NCBI GenBank assembly: GCA_963710755.1
Contig: CAVQBK010000005.1
Coordinates: 32,001 to 96,000 of the forward strand
DNA length: 64,000 nucleotides
Origin: an uncultured bacterium
GTDB lineage: Bacteria > Oederibacteriota > JAAXVQ01 > JAUVAV01
Direction of reading: 5' to 3'
In this document: positions 48,933 through 59,474 of the stretch, one piece after another
Numbering within the stretch: the first letter of the stretch is position 1
Layout of the letters: the number at the start of each line of letters is the position of its first letter
Notes under the pieces: generated by a model
Told to the model about the DNA's origin: nothing
The model's database searches: none
Seen by the model: only the letters and a program-made list of their open reading frames with translations
Program-made: the position numbers and the translations under genes

Positions 48933-49144
48933 CAGATCCTCCATGGGTTTAAAAAATTTGCAAAATTGTAACAAAAGGTTAAAAGACCGTCAACAACTAA
49001 CGCATTCATAAGGCTGGAAATGAATTTTTTGGACACCGTCAAATAAAATTCGGACTTCCAATATCAACGCCAACTTATGCAATCTAAGCTTCCGGTCTGT
49101 AAGTAAGTTTATCCCTGCGGCGAACGGATGCGTATTGATTTCAA

Positions 49145-52100
49145 TTAATCCAAAGGAATAATGGTGGGCGTAGGGTTAACGGAGTGCGGGTTTTGCCGAC
49201 GGTTTCCGTCATGTTCTTTGGGGGCCCAACTGTCGAAATGCACCCGCCCCTCAATACCCCAAAACAGTTCCTGGTCGGAATCAGTATCAAAATTTTTGTA
49301 AACTTTAATTTTACGCGAAGGATCTATATTATATTCCAAACCCAAATAGGACTGCCAGGTCAGGTTGCCCTGATCCGCCTCCCGTTCCTTCAATATCCCC
49401 CGATAATTCAGAAAAAGATCGTCTGTCAAATATTTGCCTACGTCAATTTGAGTGTCCTGCAGAAGGCTGGTGCCTGTCACCCCCCCGCCGGAACCAGTGC
49501 TGGCGTTGGTTGTATTGCTGCCGGACATTATCGATCCCGCCAGTTTTTCCATGCCCCCTAAGCGAATATCTATAACATCCAAATCAAGGGGCGTAATTTT
49601 CTTGATGCTTTTTTCAATCTCCCGTCCTATGAGATTTCCAGCCAATCGCCCCAAGACCCGAGCGCCGGCTGTCTGAATTTTTTGCTCCAGTTCCGCCTGG
49701 CTCCAATTGGAATAATCCTCCCCCAGCGTTAATAAGGACATAATCTGTGCTTGTGTCATCTCCGGGTCGGAAGATAATTTTAATTTAAGCGCACCCACCT
49801 GGCCTTCCACCCTTAGGTAGATGATGGCATCACGGCTATGGCCTTCATCCTTGATTTGAACATTTCTGATGGTGGTTTTGGTCAAGGCGCTAAGCCGGGG
49901 CAGATCTTTCCCTCGAAAAATTAGCTCTGTGGCTTCGTTGGGATCGAGGGTAAATTCGTTATTTAAATAAATCATACTGCCGCGGGCCACCACAATGTGC
50001 CCGTCCCCTCGAAATTGATATTTATCGCCATTCAAGACAACGCTTTGTTGTGGGGCCAACTGAGCACGGACCACATCCTTATAAAACCACAAATTTTTGA
50101 GACTGGTCAGCTTTAAATGGTCATAACTCACGGCACCCCCTTTCACATTTTTGGCAAAAGGGGTCAGGGGTATGGCAGGGAAGGTGAACTGCCCGTCGGA
50201 CAAGGCCAAGTCCCCGCCCAGGACCGGATTCTCGAGGGTGCCGGTTATGGTCAGATCGACATCCGCCAAGGCGGATACAAATTCAAAATCCTCGGTGTTA
50301 TCCAATTTGATGCGGCCGTCACGGGATTGCAAATGCAAATTCAATTCATGGGGAACCAAGCGCCTGAATTCGGTAAGCCATTTTTTCGTTTTCCCGGCTG
50401 AGATCACCAGCCGGCCTTCCCCAACCTTTCCTTCAAAACGCCTGGCCACCAGCTTATTGTCGTTGATCTGGAGGTCCGCAAATAAATGATCTATTTTAGG
50501 AGCATAATACCGGGGATATACCGTACCATTTTCGATGCGAATCGTCCCATTCAAACTGGGGTAGTCCATGGTTCCTTTGACCGTCAAAGCCAGCGCGCTC
50601 TTACCCGAGCCGGAGGCGATGTAGGGAATAAAACGCAAAAAATCCAAGTCGCCCTGGGGCATCGTGACCTGCACGTCCATCTCCTCGCCTTCCATGGCTT
50701 TGACTGCCTTCGCTGTTTGCGGCAGAGGTATTTTCCCCGAGAGCTTCAGATTGTATTTGCCGGTGCGCTGCAATAGACACCCCTCTTGGGGGCCTTTAAA
50801 ATATAACCAGTCGTGATCGATTAAAATTTTCCCGCTGAAAATATCAAAGGGCAGGTCAATGACACTGCCATTTTCGATTTTCACCGCTATTTCAAAATGT
50901 GGTATCTTACTGGGATCGGTATAGTGAACGGAGCCAAAGGCACGTCCTGTCCACGCCTGCGGCCAGCCCAGGGTTTTAGCAATGATATCGGCGCCCACAT
51001 CATTAATGTCAAAAAGGATATCCGACGTCCCCTGACCGTCAATGCGTCCCTTACCGCTGATCAATACTTTGCCAGCATGCTGCAGTTGCAATTGATTAAA
51101 TATCAAAGCCCCGTCAGGCGGAGCGGTCAAAGCTGCTTCCAAATGATAACTCAAGTCGGGAGTGGTGCGAATTCTGACCTGTTTATCTTGATAATTGATA
51201 ATAGCCTTTAGCAATCCGAACGATTGCAGATCAATGCCAAAATCCTGACTGGCCACCTCCAAGGTCATATCATAAACCGGTTTTAGTTTAATGTTGCCGG
51301 TAACGGCTAAATGACCATTAAACTTCCTCGACAAAAAATTAAAATGATCAGCTTCAAATCCGCTGTCAACCGTCCAATAATCCTTGGGGTTCCTTTGACA
51401 GGTCAACTTAACAGCCTTAATGGACCCTTGCGCTTGCCGTCCTTCCAGGTCATTGATGGTGAGCTGGTTTTTTTCCAGGTTCAGGTCAGCCTGTAAATGG
51501 GTGAAGTTCCAACTGCCGTGTTTAAACTGATCGGCACTCACCCTGCCTTTCAAGGTCTGCAACCGTCCTGACTTGCCGGAGAAGGTCAAATCACTGGTCA
51601 GATTCCCGCGGGGTGCCTTTTCATAGGTTTCTGCCAACAGCATATCCAATAACCAGGCCAGGGGCACAGCCTGGGTTTTTACGTGACCTTTAAATTTGAT
51701 CGGTTGACCGCTGCCCAGGCCTTCTAGCGCCATGGTGGCCGAGAGCTGCCGGCTTTTATCCAGGGTTAAGGTGGTTGATAAAGTACTTTGAGCAGCCGAC
51801 CAGTTGACCTGGCCTTCTCCGGAAACAGGTTGATGCAACGGTGGCCGGCCGGGTGCCAAAAGGCTGCGAAGGGTGGAGAGATCGGCTTTTTTTAAAGAAA
51901 AGTTTAGCTGTCCCTGTTTTCGAGGACCGGTCTGTACTTGTCCGTTCATGGTAATGGACCGGCCCCAGTTCAGATCTTTTAACCACAAAACCTGGCGGCC
52001 AAATTGAAACCGTCCTGCCAGCGCATCTAAATTACGGCCATCCATTTTGAAGCGGTTAAGGGTAATGGATCCGCGGTGCTGGGGTTGGCCGTCAACCACC

Positions 52101-54682
52101 TCATGTACTCCTTTGATTTTAAGGTCACCAGTCCAGGCCCGCTTAGCCACTTCAAAATGCTCCATCCACACCAGCAGATTGAAGTCTCCCTGATCAAAGT
52201 CCAAGCCTGTCTCCAACACCGCATTGAACACGCCCTGTTTTTGGCGCAAACGAAATTCCTTGAGCCAGAACTGGTCACCGCTGGAGGAAAAATTAACCAC
52301 GCCGTCCCGCGCTTCCAAAGCACCCCAATGTACATTTGCCAGGGTCAAGGCCCCGGTGGATTTCAAACGCTTGGCGGGCCCGTTTAATTCCACTTGGCCG
52401 CGAAGACGTCCCGTAACGGAGGCCGCCTCCCGATAGCCTAGTAAACCGGCCAAATGATCAAGTCTCAAACCATTAAAGCGGGCGGCCACCGTCATGACGC
52501 GGCTGAATCCCATGTTCAAACTGCCGGTTAAATAAAGTTTTTTACCGTCAACCCATATATCCTTCAGCTCGATGCGATCTTTGGCGATGGACACTTTCCC
52601 GCGGGCATCGATAGCCGTATGGCCGATATAATGCAGCGCATCCGTATGAAACCGGCCTTGAAATACAGGCGAGGTCAACCGCCCGGTCCATTGCCCGTCA
52701 AAACTGATATGACCATTCAAATAGTTAAGGGCCGGCGGTAATACGGGAATAAGATTTAAAGGCAGACGATTGGCGTGGATATTGGCGGCAATCGTATCTT
52801 CCACCGGACCGGACCAAAACCCATCAGCTTTAACCAACCGTTTTTTGTTTTGTGAAAGCTCCAGTTGTTCAATTCTCCAGGAGGCATCGGGATGGCTGGC
52901 CACCACTTTGAGGGTGGCATTTTTGATGGGTCCCCAGTTGGTGGAGACCAGAAGAGCCATGTTTTTTTGCGTGGATGTAAAGGAACCATGCAGGCGTTTT
53001 AGAGTACTACCCCATAAGTCCACCTGCGTAGATTGCACCGTGGCGGTTAAGGTGGGGTCATTCAGGGACCCGTTCAATTTGACCAAGCCATTGACTTTTC
53101 CTTTGACGTGGGTCAGCCCGGCCCAACTCCCCAAATCAGTCAGCTCTAAATTCTGGGCTCGCCCTGTAAATTCTACCTGACCAGGATCATCTTGGCCTTC
53201 GGGAAGAATGATCTTGCCACTGCCCTCGATCCAACCCCGGGCTAGGACACCCTTGGCTTGGAGCAGGTTTAACTCGCCTGACTGATACTTGGATATACTT
53301 TCAAAATGACGAATTTTCACCTGGCCGATTTTGCCGGCATCCATCTTCAAATTCAACGTGGCGGCCACCTGCGGCAGTCTTCCGCTAATCCGCACTTGGG
53401 CTTGCGCAGCACCACTGGTGTTCAAACGCTGAAAACGGGGCAAGGACTTAGTCAAATCCGCCAGCTCTAATCGTTCACTTTTGACCTGTAAATCAAGCAT
53501 GGGATTTTGCAAATCCCGCAACCATCCACTTCCGGTCCAGGAGGTTTTACCCAACAGGGCCTGCACGTTTTTAAAATTCAGATCACGGTTATCAATTGCC
53601 ACCACGCCGTAGAGGTTGCGTATCATCTCTCCTGTTAAATTGGTTTTTACCGCAGCATCATACAATACTATCCGGCCTTTGAGTTCCGCTCCGGGAATCA
53701 AGTCCAGGGATCGTGGAGATCGGCTTCGGATTTTAAGATTCAAATCCGCCTCACCGGAGGCTAATTCAAAATCTTCGGAAACTTTAATGACCCGTTCGAT
53801 GGGACGCAGCTTCATTTTCATGGCCTCTAAATTGAGGCGGTAGACATTGGCTGTCAGATCCATAATCCCGGAAAGCTTAATATTTTGCCGGCGGTGCTCA
53901 TCGGTTTTACCGGAAAGATAAAGGCGCGCGGCCATGGGATCTTTTACATTGAGCATGCCCCGGATTTTCTTAATGCTGGTAGAGGCCTGCTGATTGAGCA
54001 GCCTCAATTCACCGTCGTAAAGCATGATTTTAATTTTGGGAAATGTAAAAGGCGCGGGTGCAGCCGGTCCGGCCACCAGGCGATGGGTGCGGGCAATTTG
54101 GAAAGAAGGCCCCTGCCATTTGCCTTCCGGGGAACGTTTGAATTCAATCAATGGTTTAATCAGTTGGATTTGATGCAGACTCTCGGCCAGGGGGCGTTTG
54201 CGCACCAGAATATCCCACAGCGAATATTGCACCACCACGCGGTCAATAGTAATCGCCAGCGAATCCTTTTGCTCCGGGCTGGAGATGGTAATGCCCTTTA
54301 AGACCACCCGGTCAAACAGGCCACCTTCAATTTTATCCACCGTGACGGTGCGGGACAACGCTTTGGACAATTCTACTTCCAACTGCGGTTTGAACCGTCT
54401 GGTTACTACGCCGCTGGAACTAAGAATCCATAAGCCAGCCACAATGCTCCCAATGATAAGACTGCTGATCATTAGGGCAAAGAGTGGATGGCGTGCTTTT
54501 TGTATTCTTTCGGGAGGCAATTGATGCGGCTGCCCTTGAGTACCCCGAGATGGGCTGGTCCTCGGGGTAGTGGCTTGGCCGCCCGATGTCACTGCTTGAG
54601 GGCGTTGCTTGTTTTTTCTTTTTAAGGATGGTCGTCGTGATTCGGCTTGCTTTTGCTCCCCTGGCCGGGGCTTTTTGGTCAT
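49145..54682 (-). CDS. tamB: TamB/AsmA-like translocation and assembly module protein
   Basis: 1845 aa, single N-terminal TM, long beta-rich repeats, DUF490-like C-terminus (LSSDP.M.Q.QIMSLL..G, GKYLTDDL); directly upstream of bamA. Confidence 0.85.
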   Translation of the reverse strand: MTKKPRPGEQKQAESRRPSLKRKNKQRPQAVTSGGQATTPRTSPSRGTQGQPHQLPPERIQKARHPLFALMISSLIIGSIVAGLWILSSSGVVTRRFKPQLEVELSKALSRTVTVDKIEGGLFDRVVLKGITISSPEQKDSLAITIDRVVVQYSLWDILVRKRPLAESLHQIQLIKPLIEFKRSPEGKWQGPSFQIARTHRLVAGPAAPAPFTFPKIKIMLYDGELRLLNQQASTSIKKIRGMLNVKDPMAARLYLSGKTDEHRRQNIKLSGIMDLTANVYRLNLEAMKMKLRPIERVIKVSEDFELASGEADLNLKIRSRSPRSLDLIPGAELKGRIVLYDAAVKTNLTGEMIRNLYGVVAIDNRDLNFKNVQALLGKTSWTGSGWLRDLQNPMLDLQVKSERLELADLTKSLPRFQRLNTSGAAQAQVRISGRLPQVAATLNLKMDAGKIGQVKIRHFESISKYQSGELNLLQAKGVLARGWIEGSGKIILPEGQDDPGQVEFTGRAQNLELTDLGSWAGLTHVKGKVNGLVKLNGSLNDPTLTATVQSTQVDLWGSTLKRLHGSFTSTQKNMALLVSTNWGPIKNATLKVVASHPDASWRIEQLELSQNKKRLVKADGFWSGPVEDTIAANIHANRLPLNLIPVLPPALNYLNGHISFDGQWTGRLTSPVFQGRFHTDALHYIGHTAIDARGKVSIAKDRIELKDIWVDGKKLYLTGSLNMGFSRVMTVAARFNGLRLDHLAGLLGYREAASVTGRLRGQVELNGPAKRLKSTGALTLANVHWGALEARDGVVNFSSSGDQFWLKEFRLRQKQGVFNAVLETGLDFDQGDFNLLVWMEHFEVAKRAWTGDLKIKGVHEVVDGQPQHRGSITLNRFKMDGRNLDALAGRFQFGRQVLWLKDLNWGRSITMNGQVQTGPRKQGQLNFSLKKADLSTLRSLLAPGRPPLHQPVSGEGQVNWSAAQSTLSTTLTLDKSRQLSATMALEGLGSGQPIKFKGHVKTQAVPLAWLLDMLLAETYEKAPRGNLTSDLTFSGKSGRLQTLKGRVSADQFKHGSWNFTHLQADLNLEKNQLTINDLEGRQAQGSIKAVKLTCQRNPKDYWTVDSGFEADHFNFLSRKFNGHLAVTGNIKLKPVYDMTLEVASQDFGIDLQSFGLLKAIINYQDKQVRIRTTPDLSYHLEAALTAPPDGALIFNQLQLQHAGKVLISGKGRIDGQGTSDILFDINDVGADIIAKTLGWPQAWTGRAFGSVHYTDPSKIPHFEIAVKIENGSVIDLPFDIFSGKILIDHDWLYFKGPQEGCLLQRTGKYNLKLSGKIPLPQTAKAVKAMEGEEMDVQVTMPQGDLDFLRFIPYIASGSGKSALALTVKGTMDYPSLNGTIRIENGTVYPRYYAPKIDHLFADLQINDNKLVARRFEGKVGEGRLVISAGKTKKWLTEFRRLVPHELNLHLQSRDGRIKLDNTEDFEFVSALADVDLTITGTLENPVLGGDLALSDGQFTFPAIPLTPFAKNVKGGAVSYDHLKLTSLKNLWFYKDVVRAQLAPQQSVVLNGDKYQFRGDGHIVVARGSMIYLNNEFTLDPNEATELIFRGKDLPRLSALTKTTIRNVQIKDEGHSRDAIIYLRVEGQVGALKLKLSSDPEMTQAQIMSLLTLGEDYSNWSQAELEQKIQTAGARVLGRLAGNLIGREIEKSIKKITPLDLDVIDIRLGGMEKLAGSIMSGSNTTNASTGSGGGVTGTSLLQDTQIDVGKYLTDDLFLNYRGILKEREADQGNLTWQSYLGLEYNIDPSRKIKVYKNFDTDSDQELFWGIEGRVHFDSWAPKEHDGNRRQNPHSVNPTPTIIPLD

Positions 54683-54685
54683 GCG

Positions 54686-57118
54686 TTAGGTGGCCTCTAC
54701 TTTCACTTCAAACTTGAGCTCATCATTACCCACCAGGGCATCTACATGCTGGCCTTCTTTGAGTGATCCTTTTAAAATCAATTCGGCCAAGGGATCTTCC
54801 AAATAACGCTGAATGGCCCGTTTCAGTGGTCGCGCACCCATTTGGGGATTATAACCTTTTTCGATCAGAAAATCTTTGACCTCCGTGGTCAGACTCACGC
54901 TTAAATCCTTGTCTTTCAACCGGCTCATCACATTGCTGGCCAACAGTTCCACTATTTTTTCCAAATGTTCCTTGCGCAAGCTATGGAACACAATGACTTC
55001 ATCCACGCGGTTCAAGAACTCAGGATTAAATACTTTCTTCACCTCATTCATGACCCGGTCGCGGGTCAAATTATCCGCTTCCGAGGCGGAAGCCGCCTGA
55101 AATCCCAAAGCCCCGCCTTTATCCAACAGACGGGCGCCAATATTGCTGGTCATAATGACCACCGTATTTTTAAAATCAACCATGCGGCCGTTGTTGTCGG
55201 TCAAACGCCCGTCTTCCAGAACTTGCAACAAAATATTGAACACATCGGGATGAGCTTTTTCGATTTCATCAAACAAGATGACCGAATAAGGATTGCGCCG
55301 GACTTTTTCCGTTAATTGGCCGCCTTCGTCATGACCGATGTATCCCGGAGGCGCGCCCACCAGACGCGATACACTGAATTTTTCCATGTACTCGGACATG
55401 TCAATACGAATCAGCGTATTCTCGTCCTCAAACAAAAACGCCGCCAACGCCCTGGCCATTTCGGTTTTACCCACGCCCGTAGGCCCAAGAAAAATAAACG
55501 ATCCAATAGGACGTTTGGGATCCGCCACCCCTGCCCGGGATCGTCTGACTGAACGCGAGATGGCGCTGATGGCTTCTTCCTGGCCAATGATGCGGTGATG
55601 CAGTTCATCTTCCATACGCAACAATTTGGCCGACTCTTTTTCCTCCAGTTTAAAGACCGGTACACCGGTCCATTTGCTGATTATCTGTGCAATTTCTTCG
55701 GCCGTGACGGTTAGAGTCTGTTTGTTGCGTGATTGTTCCCATTGCCGTTTTCGTTCTTCTTTTTTCTTCTTTAATTCCTTAATTTCATCGCGCAGACTGG
55801 CTGCTTTTTCAAATTCCTGCATTTTAATAGCCGATTCTTTTTCTTTGCTAACACTGTCAATCTCCGTATCCAGTTCTTTTAAATCAGGAGGCAGAATGGC
55901 AGATTTAAGCCGGGCGCGGGCACCGGCTTCATCCATAACATCAATAGCCTTATCCGGCAGCAGCCGACCTGTTATATACCTTTCCGATAACTTGACCGCC
56001 GCTTCCAAAGCACCGTCCGTGTATTTCACATGATGGTGGCTTTCATAGCGGTCGCGCAATCCGGTTAATATTTGAATAGCCTCCTCCACACTGGGGGCTT
56101 CCACCTTAATGGATTGAAAACGCCGTTCCAAGGCGCCGTCTTTTTCAATATGTTTGCGGTATTCATCCATGGTGGTGGCGCCAATACACTGCACTTCTCC
56201 CCGTGCCAGCGCCGGTTTGAGCATATTGGACGCATCAATGGCACCTTCCGCCGCTCCGGCACCCACCAGCGTATGCAATTCATCGATAAACAAGATTACC
56301 GTGGCGCTGGCCGCTTTAATTTCCTGCATGACGGTTTTAAGGCGTTCTTCAAATTCACCGCGGTATTTGGTGCCTGCCACCACTGCGGCCAAATCCAGGG
56401 TTACGATCCGCTTGTTGTACAACAACTCAGGCACATTATTTGAAATAATTTTTTGGGCCAGGCCTTCGGCGATGGCCGTTTTGCCCACGCCCGGTTCACC
56501 GATAAGCACAGGATTATTTTTAGTGCGGCGGCAGAGGATCTGGATCACCCGGTCAATTTCATTTTCACGGCCAATCACCGGATCCAACTTTCCTTCCCGG
56601 GCCAGCTGGGTTAAATCCCGGCCAAAGGCATCAAGCGTAGGGGTATTGGTTTTGACCTGCCCCTGCATGTATTTGGGCAGGTTCCCGCCCAACAGATAAA
56701 TGGTCATCTCCCTGGCTTTTTCAATTCTAAGATTAAAATGTTCCAACACCTGGGCGGCGATACCATCCCCTTCCCGTATCAATCCCAGCAAAATGTGTTC
56801 CGTCCCAATATAGTTATGACCCAGGGCTTGGGCTTCTTCCAAAGCCAGCTCCAGAACCTTTTTAGCAGAGCTGGTAAACGGCACTTCCCCCAAAGTCAAG
56901 GTGCCGCCGCCCATGCTGATGGATTTTTCCACTTCCATTTTTAGCCGTTCCAAGTCAAGACCAAGGTTTTCAATCACCGCCGTGGCCACGCCACCGCCCT
57001 CCTTGATCAATCCCAACAGCAGATGTTCTGTTCCAATATAGTCATGTCCCAGACGAGCGGCTTCTTCTCTCGCCAAATTAATCACCTTTTTCGCTCGTTC
57101 CGTAAATTTATCAAACAT
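54686..57118 (-). CDS. clpC: ATP-dependent Clp protease ATP-binding subunit ClpC
   Basis: Double Clp-N repeats, [17 protein letters not shown] motif [20 protein letters not shown] ClpP-docking loop, GARPL. Confidence 0.97.
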   Translation of the reverse strand: MFDKFTERAKKVINLAREEAARLGHDYIGTEHLLLGLIKEGGGVATAVIENLGLDLERLKMEVEKSISMGGGTLTLGEVPFTSSAKKVLELALEEAQALGHNYIGTEHILLGLIREGDGIAAQVLEHFNLRIEKAREMTIYLLGGNLPKYMQGQVKTNTPTLDAFGRDLTQLAREGKLDPVIGRENEIDRVIQILCRRTKNNPVLIGEPGVGKTAIAEGLAQKIISNNVPELLYNKRIVTLDLAAVVAGTKYRGEFEERLKTVMQEIKAASATVILFIDELHTLVGAGAAEGAIDASNMLKPALARGEVQCIGATTMDEYRKHIEKDGALERRFQSIKVEAPSVEEAIQILTGLRDRYESHHHVKYTDGALEAAVKLSERYITGRLLPDKAIDVMDEAGARARLKSAILPPDLKELDTEIDSVSKEKESAIKMQEFEKAASLRDEIKELKKKKEERKRQWEQSRNKQTLTVTAEEIAQIISKWTGVPVFKLEEKESAKLLRMEDELHHRIIGQEEAISAISRSVRRSRAGVADPKRPIGSFIFLGPTGVGKTEMARALAAFLFEDENTLIRIDMSEYMEKFSVSRLVGAPPGYIGHDEGGQLTEKVRRNPYSVILFDEIEKAHPDVFNILLQVLEDGRLTDNNGRMVDFKNTVVIMTSNIGARLLDKGGALGFQAASASEADNLTRDRVMNEVKKVFNPEFLNRVDEVIVFHSLRKEHLEKIVELLASNVMSRLKDKDLSVSLTTEVKDFLIEKGYNPQMGARPLKRAIQRYLEDPLAELILKGSLKEGQHVDALVGNDELKFEVKVEAT

Positions 57119-57220
57119 AATCAAAACCCTCCTCGGTGGAGTATCATTTTTAATACGCTTTCATTCCTCCCCGGCCCTTGCCCTGGGAGGAATGAAATTC
57201 AAAAAATTACGATTCATCTC

Positions 57221-58303
57221 TTATCGATTTATCCCGCATCTTGCTCCAGCGTCATTTAATTTTTTAATTTTCTTTTGCACCAGGGATGCACGATACTGCA
57301 ATTGCTCCTGTTCTTCCAAAACCCGCCCACGCAAGGATTGCAGGCTGGCCGGGCCGACTAATAATAACACTTCCAGGATCGCTTGACTAGTCATCCCCGC
57401 CAGCAAATTCATTTCTACACCCAGCATCAGTACTGAGAGCCAATCCAGAGCTTCCTGCGCCTCCATCAGCGAACAGGCCCTCACCAAGGCCAAGGTTCTT
57501 CCCACTTTATCCTCGAGCATAGCGAGGTTATTCTTTAACAACTCCTGGCGGCTTTTGGTCTCCCGCTCCGCGAGTTGTCCGGCCACACCGTTCAAATGGG
57601 CAATCAGTTCCTCTGCGCTTTTACCCAGGGTCACGCGGTTACTGATAATAATAAAGGGACTCTTCAGATGAAAGGGCTGGCCAAAAAAGTCCCGTACCGA
57701 CAATTCCATGTGATGAAGTGTATGCAGCAGAGGGGCTATTTCCTGGGTCATCATCAAAGCGGGAAGATGGAGCAAAACAGAGGCACGCAGGCCAGTACCA
57801 ACATTACCGGGAGAAGCTGTCAGATAACCCAGCTGCCGGTTTTGGGCCAGAACCTGTTCTCCTTCCAGACTCAGACCAATGGCCTTGGCTTGGGCCAGAG
57901 CAGTCTCAAGAGACAACCCGCCCGCGAGGACCTGTATACGTATATGATCCTCGTCATTGATCACCACCGATTGCGCACGACTACGGTCACTAAGCACCAC
58001 CACATCGGTTTTTGCGTTCATGCCACTGACCCTGAGAAGCCGTTGTTCCACTAAAAGTTGTTTCTCACGTTGGTCTAAAAACCGCAACCGTTTTTCTACA
58101 AAAGGCATCTTCCCTGAAAAGCGAATGCGTGGGCGTACGGCATTTACCACCGCTTCCCGCTCCCGGCCATTGGCACGTGCGGGAAAGGCCAAGCCCTCCA
58201 GGTTGCGCAGCAGCCGCACCCGGGAAGATACCACTACCTGCTCCGGGCCATTCTGTGTTTCCAACCACGCCGCTGTTTTGATTTTAGTTCTAAAATTCAT
58301 CAC
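57221..58303 (-). CDS. mcsB: McsB-like ATP:guanido phosphotransferase with degenerate active site
   Basis: SSRVRLLRN, NDEDHIRIQ, GYLTASPGNVGTGLRASV, ISNRVTLG; lies between mcsA and clpC. Confidence 0.88.
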   Translation of the reverse strand: MMNFRTKIKTAAWLETQNGPEQVVVSSRVRLLRNLEGLAFPARANGREREAVVNAVRPRIRFSGKMPFVEKRLRFLDQREKQLLVEQRLLRVSGMNAKTDVVVLSDRSRAQSVVINDEDHIRIQVLAGGLSLETALAQAKAIGLSLEGEQVLAQNRQLGYLTASPGNVGTGLRASVLLHLPALMMTQEIAPLLHTLHHMELSVRDFFGQPFHLKSPFIIISNRVTLGKSAEELIAHLNGVAGQLAERETKSRQELLKNNLAMLEDKVGRTLALVRACSLMEAQEALDWLSVLMLGVEMNLLAGMTSQAILEVLLLVGPASLQSLRGRVLEEQEQLQYRASLVQKKIKKLNDAGARCGINR

Positions 58304-58785
58304 GACTCCAACTTCCGTAATTGATCTCGTATAGTCGCCGCTTCCTCATAGCGTTCACGAGCAATGGCATCGGCTAAGGCCGCCTTTAACCTAGTCCCCT
58401 CCGGGAGCTGCTGTTGGTGCCGGAAATTTGTCAAGGCTTTATCATGCTGGTCAAGGTGATGAAACTGGCGCAACCATGGCGATAGAATTTCCCAAAAATG
58501 GTCGTAACAAACGCTGCATCCCAGTTGCCCCGTTTTTTTAAATTGAGCAAAGGTCAGGCCGCAATGGGGACAGGCACCCACAATCGCATCCGGCTTCTCT
58601 TTTGACTCCCCATGCGTAAGCGATGCCCACAATTTCTGAATTATCTTGGCGGATTTATTTAATACTTCCTGGAGATGTTTTTGTTGCGCGCAATTTTCAC
58701 ACAGGTGAACGCTGTGATGTTCTTCCTGATTAATCTCTATAAAAAAAACCGTTGCTTCCTCTTCCTTGCATATTTGGCATAACAT
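58300..58785 (-). CDS. mcsA: McsA (four CxxC motifs + UVR domain)
   Basis: CQIC, CENC, CPHC, CSVC; ERYEEAATIRD. Confidence 0.92.
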   Translation of the reverse strand: MLCQICKEEEATVFFIEINQEEHHSVHLCENCAQQKHLQEVLNKSAKIIQKLWASLTHGESKEKPDAIVGACPHCGLTFAQFKKTGQLGCSVCYDHFWEILSPWLRQFHHLDQHDKALTNFRHQQQLPEGTRLKAALADAIARERYEEAATIRDQLRKLES

Positions 58786-58796
58786 TTCGATCACCC

Positions 58797-59474
58797 TCAT
58801 TCATCAATTTTGCCATCTTTCATGCTAATGATGCGATCGGCAAGATCAGCCAACTCAGGATTATGAGTCACTATTATAAGGGTTTGACCCCGTTTTTTGT
58901 TTAATGACAACAACAGGTCATGAATGTCTCTTGCTGTAGGCCCGTCCAGGTCTCCCGTCGGTTCATCAGCCAACAATAATTGTGGATCATTCAACAATGC
59001 CCTTGCGATGGCCACCCGTTGCTGCTCGCCTCCTGACAATTCACCGGGACGGTGATCCAGACGCTTGGCCAATCCAACTTCTTCCAACAAAGCCTTGGCC
59101 TTGTCCAGGCATTCGGTCTTGGGGCGTCCTCCAATTAATCCGGGCAGCGCCACATTTTCCTGAGCGGTGAATTCGGGCAGAAGCAAATGCAGTTGAAAAA
59201 CAAACCCCACCAATTGATTGCGCAGCCGTGCCAATAGCTCATCACCCTGGTGGCCCAATTCCTGGTTCTGAATTTTTACAGACCCCGAGGTGGGCGACAT
59301 TAAACCGCCGGCTATATTAAGCATGGTGGTTTTTCCGGCTCCCGAAGGGCCTACCACCGCCACCGCTTCCCCCTTGGTCACGGACAAATCAAGGTCTTTC
59401 AACACATGTAGGGCCTGACGGCCGACTTTGAATTCTTTATTGATCTTGGTTAACATTAAAATAGGTTCATTCAT
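58797..59474 (-). CDS. lolD: Lipoprotein-releasing ABC transporter ATP-binding protein
   Basis: GPSGAGKT, GFVFQLHLLLPEF, LSGGEQQR, LADEPTG. Confidence 0.93.
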   Translation of the reverse strand: MNEPILMLTKINKEFKVGRQALHVLKDLDLSVTKGEAVAVVGPSGAGKTTMLNIAGGLMSPTSGSVKIQNQELGHQGDELLARLRNQLVGFVFQLHLLLPEFTAQENVALPGLIGGRPKTECLDKAKALLEEVGLAKRLDHRPGELSGGEQQRVAIARALLNDPQLLLADEPTGDLDGPTARDIHDLLLSLNKKRGQTLIIVTHNPELADLADRIISMKDGKIDE

